Positions 58,670-64,000 of a DNA stretch of 64,000 nt are shown here, one piece after another. Made by a program: the position numbers and the translations under genes. Under the pieces are notes generated by a model. That model saw only the letters and a program-made list of their open reading frames with translations. It ran no database searches and was not told where the DNA came from. How positions within the stretch are numbered: position 1 is the first letter of the stretch; the number at the start of each line of letters is the position of its first letter. Origin of the DNA: Mobula hypostoma (lineage: Eukaryota); assembly GCF_963921235.1 (NCBI RefSeq), contig NC_086098.1, positions 242,668,001-242,732,000 on the forward strand, written 5' to 3'.

Positions 58670-60311
58670 CCTCCTCAGCCGGCTTGGCTCCCCCATCCGC
58701 CTTGCCCCGCTCTCCACTGTTCCCCTGCTCCGCTCCTGCCTCCTGGGACCCCAGGGTAGCTGCCCGGACCCTCCACCTCAGCTCCCGGAAGGTGACCACC
58801 GGCGGTGGGGGTCCAGTGACTCCGCGGGTGTCCGGAGCTGGGGGTCGGGGCACCGGGGGCGGAGGGCGGCGTCTCCGCAGCGCCAGTTCATGAAAGGTGG
58901 TGACCCGGGGCCTGTCTGACCCCTGACCCAGGGTCTCCAGGTGCGCTGAGGAAGTGGGGGAGTGGGACTGGGTGGAAAGAGCAGGGGAGGCTCCTGTGGG
59001 GCGGAAGGGTGTGGATCCCACACCACTCCCTGGGATAGCTGGGTCCTGGGTTTGCAAATGCTCAGGTGGAGGGGCGACCCCTGGGGAGGGAGAGGTTGGG
59101 AACCCAGGGGCCTCTGGGGAGGAAGTTGATCCCTGAGAAGATGGCAATTCAGAGGGTCCCAGACAGGAGGAGGCCTTTGAGGACGGACTGTCTGGGAATT
59201 CCAAGGGATGTGGAGATGGGGAGTTTGGGAATTCTGTCAGATGCGGAGATGAGGAAGCTTGGAATTCTGAGGGGTGCGGAGACTGGGAAGCTTGGAATTC
59301 TGAGGAATGCGGAGATGGGGATGGCCCTAGGGAAAGGGAGTCTGGGAATTCACAGAATCCCACAGATGGGAAGGCTTTTGAGGACAGGGCATCTGGGAAT
59401 TCTGAGGGATGCGGACATGGAGAAAGTCCCAGAGAAGGGGAGGCAGGGAACTCTGAGGGTTCCAGAGCTGGGGAGGCCTTTGAGGATGGAGTATCCAAGA
59501 TTTCTGAGGGGCCCGGAGATGGGGAATGTTCCAGGGAAGGGCAGGCCGGAAATTCTGTGGGAGCATTTGTGGGAGAGGCCGTTGAGGACAGAGCATCCGA
59601 GAATTCTGAGGGACCTAGAGAGGGGGATCGTCCCAGGGAAGGGGAGACCGGGAACTCTACGTGCCCTGTTGCTTGGGAGGCCCTTAGGGATGGTGTATCT
59701 GGGAATTCCAAGCAACCTGGAGATGGGGAGAAATCCATTGAAGGGGAGCCTTGGAATTCTAAATACCCAGTAGCTGGGGAGGCCTTTGAGGAGGGAGTAA
59801 CCGGGAATTCTGAGGGACCCAGAGATGGGGAAAGACTCGGGGAAGGGGAGTCTGGGAATTCAGTGGCAGTATTTGTTGGGGAGGCTTTAGACGACGGGGT
59901 ATCTGGGAATTCTGAAGAGGTGGGGAGAGGGGAGCGACTTGTGGAAGGGGAGGCTGGGAACTCTACAGGCCCTGTTGCCAGAGAGGCCTTTGAGGGTGGA
60001 GAGTCCAAAGACTCTGAGGTCCCCGAGGAGGGGGAGGATGAGGGTGGTGAGGAGGGTGGTGTCAGGGAGGCCTCTGCTCCCCTCTGGGACCAGCTCCAGG
60101 ACCAGCCAGCTACCCGGGGCCCGTTGCAATTGGTATCCAGCCCAGAGCCGAGGTCTTGCGCTGTCTCCCAGGTGCTGACGGTGGCCGCGGGGCTGGGAAT
60201 CAAGAGACCCAGGCAGCGACCCTGCACCCCCACTGCGTTGAGGTTGGGGAGGGAGCCTCCTGGCTCCAGGGCACGGGGGAGGTCAAACTCCCGAATGATG
60301 CAGGGCAGCAT
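58670..60311 (-). CDS. RUSC1: RUSC1 large first coding exon (Ser/Pro-rich N-terminus)
   Basis: aacATG at 60311; LPNLNAVGVQGRCLGL resembles the RUSC1 N-terminus (LCNLNHIHLQHVSLGL, recalled); VTTFHELALRRRR and VVTFRELR motifs; donor G|gtaagt at 58669, phase 1. Confidence 0.82.
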
Positions 60312-60639
60312 GTTGCCGGACAGAATGGGGTCAGGGGGTCAGTGGCAAGAACACGCTGGGTGGGGTTAGAGGTCAGAGAGTGAGGGGTGGGTGGGTGGTT
60401 ACGATCAGTGGTGGAGGATAATAAGTGGCGGTAGGTCGGGTCAGAGGGTGAAGACAAGTAGAGGGTCAAGGGTCAGGCTGAAAGCTCCGAGTAAGGGGGT
60501 TAAGGCTCAGAGGGTGAGAGTTGTGACGCAGGGCATTGCTGAGTTCAGGGTCAGGATTAGGGCTGAAGTTAGGGTCGATTCGGTCGGGGAAGGGGAGGGG
60601 TTTGCTGGGGAGGTCGGGGGTGCTGCTCCTGCGGGTCGA

Positions 60640-61500
60640 CACCGTCACCGTCGTCGCCGTCTTCACTGGGGGGGGGGGGAGGGAGAGAAGCAGCGGGTCA
60701 GTGACGCTCGCCCGCGACCCTCGGCCCCTGAACCCGCTCTACCCGGTACCGGAGCCGCGATCCCCGACCCCGCAATGCCCGGTACCGGCGCCGCGACCCC
60801 CGACCCCGCAATGCCCGGCACCGGCGCCGCGACCCCCGACCCCGCAATGCCCGGCACCGGCGCCGCGACCCCCGACCCCGCAATGCCCGGCACCGGCGCC
60901 GCAATCCCCGACCCCGCAATGCCCGGTACCGGCGCCGCGATCCCCGACCCCGCAATGCCCAGTACCGGAGCCGCGATCCCTGACCCAGCAATGCCCGGTA
61001 CCGGGGCCGGAGCCGCGACCCCCGACCCCGCAATGCCCGGTACCGGAGCCGCGACCCCCGACCCCGCAATGTCCGGTACCGGAGCCGCGACCGCGACACC
61101 CGACCTCGCAATGCCCGGTACCGGAGCCGCGATCCCCGACCCCACCCCACTCTGGGGTGCGGCGCTCGATCCCGAGACCCCGCCCAGTGCCGGTCCCTCC
61201 ACCGACGCTGTTCCCAGGCGATGGGAAGCGGGACCCAACCCTGCGGCGCGACCCGGACCTCCCTCCCCCTCGGGGGGGTGTCCCGGGACCGGGTGGGTCC
61301 AGACTTGGTCTCCTCTCCCCGCTCTCCCGTCTCCCCAGTCCCCGGACATCACCTGCTACCGCCGCCGCCTCGCTCCGTCTCTGCACCGCTCCGGCTCCAG
61401 GGCGGGGGCTGTCAATCACCGCCCGGCCCCGCCCCTCGTACTGCGGCGCTCCCTCCTCTCCGCCCCACAGGCCGCGGCGCTCCCTCGATCTCTCGGGGAC
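60640..61500 (-). promoter_or_regulatory. RUSC1: RUSC1 CpG island / promoter, with a probable non-coding exon ending at 61353 (cag|gtgatg) and acceptors at 60666 and 60356
   Basis: Very high GC and CpG content, GC box ccccgcccc near 61427, splice consensus on the minus strand. Confidence 0.55.
60745..61142 (+). repeat. 36-bp CpG-rich minisatellite (ccccgaccccgcaatgcccggtaccggagccgcgac), about 11 copies
   Basis: Seen directly; explains the overlapping PDPAMPGTGAAT-type ORFs on both strands. Confidence 0.95.
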
Positions 61501-64000
61501 AGGACGGGGTAGACACGAAGAGAAGGACGGATGGGTTATTCAAACCGGGGATGCTGCGCAAATAAATTCTAACCTCAGAGGCTGAAGGAGATCCTGGAAT
61601 TCCCGCCCCCGCGGGAGGTGAAGGTCACATCACCAGATTTATTTCAGGTGGGGATAGAGTCATAGAGTAATACAGCACAGAAACAGGTCCTTCAGCCCAT
61701 CTAGTCCGTGCCGAACCATCAATCTTCCTAGTCCCATCAACCTACGCCTGGACCATAGCCCTCCCATCCAAGTACCCACACTAACTTCTCTTAAATGTTG
61801 AAATCAATCGTACAGTCACTGCTGGCAGCTCGTTCCGCACTCTCGACCTCCCGACTGAAGAAGTTCCTTCCTTAAGTTCCCCATAAACATTTCACCTTTC
61901 ACCCTTAATGGAAGAACTGCGGGCTTTGGGGAAGCAGCTGACCGCAGACCCAAGGTTTCGACCCGAATTGTCACGGATTCCTCTCCCCCCCCTCCCCTAA
62001 GGCTGTTCACGCCCACTGAGTTCCCTCAGCTGATCGTTTGTTCAGGGTCGGAGGGACGAGGTGAGAGTAGGAGTTCGGCACGGACTAGAAGGGCCGAGGT
62101 GGCCTGTTCCCGTGCTGTAATTGTTATATGGTTATATGGTCTGCAGACATCAGCCAGGATCTATTGAATGGTGGAACAGGATCAATGGGCCGAGTGGTCA
62201 TCACCTGCACCCACTTCCATGTGTTCATGCGACACTGCCCTTCTCCCGCAGCACAGTGCTCCCTCCTTGTAGCTCAGTGCTTCCTCCTCTCTGTCCCTCT
62301 CCCTTAGTGTGGCATTCCCTCGTCTCTGTCCCTCTCCCTCAGTGCGGCGTTCCCTCCTCTCTGTCCCTCCCTCAGTTTGGTGTTCCCTCCTCTTTGTCCC
62401 TCTCCCCCAGTGCGGCGTTCCCTCGTCTCTGCCTCTCCCGTGTGGTGTGGCACTCCCTCCTCACCATCCTTTGCCTGTCACATCACTCCCCATCCGTGCC
62501 TCCCCTGCTTGGCAATGCTCCCTCCTCACTACCTGGTTCTCCTGGAAGGAAAAATGACTGGACTCAGTGGAAGTGCAGGAGGGCTGGGTAAGAGGTTGTT
62601 CAACACAGGTTGACAATCTCACTAAGTACTCATGGCTCCCTCCTTCCCCATCTCCCCCTACCCCCTCATCTCCAAGCCAAAACCCTCCAAAATCTTTCCC
62701 GTTTCTCTATTGCTCCCCAGACCCCTCTGAGTTCCAAATTCCCACCTGGGCTGTATCCGTGTACCCTGGAAAATGGCCTCCCACCTCCCCTCTCCCCTCT
62801 CTCCCCCTTGCCAACCTCCGGTTGAGTTTTCCCTCCAACCCTCTGGGTTGGAGAATGTTTTGGTGACATGGACAATACTGAAGGGGAAGTACAGGAGCTT
62901 GAAGACTCACAACTCAACATTTTAGCAACAGGTTCTTCTCTTGCACCACTGGATTTCTGAATGGACAATGAACCCATGAACTCCATCTCAATATTCCTCT
63001 TTTACACTATTTATTTATCCATCTGCTGGTCTACCTACCTAGACTGACAGGTATTCCGACAGATAGGTGGATTGCCAGGACTGCTCTTCGTTCCCAGCAT
63101 TGAGGACACTTTCAAAAGGAGATGCCTTAAGAAGGTAGAATCCATCATTATGTCCTATATGGACAGGAAAGGAATGGAGGGTTACGGGCTGAGTGCAGGT
63201 CGGTGGGACTAGGTGAGAGTAAGAGTTCGGCACGGACTAGAAGGGCCGAGATGGCCTGTTTCCGTGCTGTAATGGTTATATGGTTATTAAGGACCCCCAT
63301 CACCCATAACAAGCCCTCTTCTCATTGCGAGCATCAGAGAGATGGTACAGGAACCTACAGTCACCCTCTAAGTTTTGGAAGCAGCTTCTTCCCCTCGACC
63401 ATCAGGTTTCTGAACAGACAATGAGCCCATGGACTATCATTTTGCTCTCTTTTTGCCCTATTTGTAGTTTTTATTATAGTGTAATATAATATACTATATT
63501 ACACTATAATAACACAACATATGCCGGCCAGGATCTGATCTCTTTAGTTGTGTATTTATGTTAAATCCTGAGCGCAAAGTTTTCGGCCCATGGGTGCCCG
63601 AGACTTTTGCTCAGTACTGTAGTAATTTTATTGCTGCTGCCTCATAAAAAAAACCCAACAAATTTCATAGCAAATGTGAGTGATGATCAACCTGATTCTG
63701 ATACGGGTCTCTATTGTGGACTGACAGCGGGAAGGGGACGGGGAGGGGAATCATGGCTGGGAAAAGGCGAAGCACTAGAGAGACATTCTGTAATGATCAA
63801 TAAACCAATTGTTTGGAATCAAATGACCCTGGCTGCTGTGTCAGGGCTGGGTGTGTCTACACCGGCACCAGATCGGCCCCGACACTCCCGCCCTGCCTGC
63901 GGTCTGTTCTGACTGTACTGCTGCCACAGTGAAATTCGCAGCTATCGAGTGCTCTGTACTGGAGGTGAAATCAATGAAATCTGTTCGGCGGGGCGCGGCA

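Larger units (their letters stand above)
34535..60311 (-). other. RUSC1: RUSC1 gene span (RUN and SH3 domain containing 1), 10 coding exons, about 1185 aa
   Basis: Exons of 1642+444+135+77+175+106+47+634+132+166 = 3558 nt join in frame. RUN domain (AVDEIVAHFSAARNVVQK-TQLGDSRLTPQVG...SPWSVVEASVK), C-terminal SH3, synteny with FDPS/PKLR. Confidence 0.88.

Noticed and set aside
59066-60369. Antisense ORFs (235 and 270 aa) opposite the RUSC1 repeat
   Set aside because: Shadow frames of a repetitive coding exon; no independent evidence.
60391-61585. Long overlapping ORFs on both strands (373, 349, 229 and 226 aa)
   Set aside because: By-products of a stop-free 36-bp GC-rich repeat; no domain, mostly non-ATG starts.

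Overview
Eukaryotic (vertebrate) genomic DNA. The repeat landscape (CR1, Rex1/Babar, Penelope) suggests a cartilaginous fish, probably a ray; this is inference only. Three intron-containing genes can be rebuilt exon by exon, with GT-AG sites and reading phases that all close. (1) PKLR pyruvate kinase, minus strand: 8 coding exons from 13522 down to 591, 395 codons, 3' end outside the window. It includes a 7-nt liver-type first coding exon with an HNF1-like site upstream. (2) FDPS farnesyl diphosphate synthase, plus strand, divergent from PKLR: 352 aa from 22132 to 33446, plus an in-frame upstream exon (17454-17538) that adds a presequence-like 32 aa. (3) RUSC1 (RUN + SH3), minus strand: 10 coding exons from 60311 to 34535, about 1185 aa, tail-to-tail with FDPS. 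Introns are packed with LINE fragments, Penelope-like elements, a Gypsy remnant, hAT/Harbinger/Tc1 MITEs and G-rich minisatellites. There is a 403-N gap at 36605-37007. I found no wholly new multi-gene system. The best second-look items are an intact minimal hammerhead-ribozyme core in a TSD-flanked Penelope insertion, sense to the FDPS pre-mRNA; the FDPS presequence exon guarded by an overlapping out-of-frame uORF; the liver-type PKLR control module (HNF1 site, micro-exon, RRxS PKA site); a 17/34-aa repeat expansion in RUSC1; and RUSC1 inverted relative to the mammalian PKLR-FDPS-RUSC1 block. Homology statements are from recall of these families; no searches were run.
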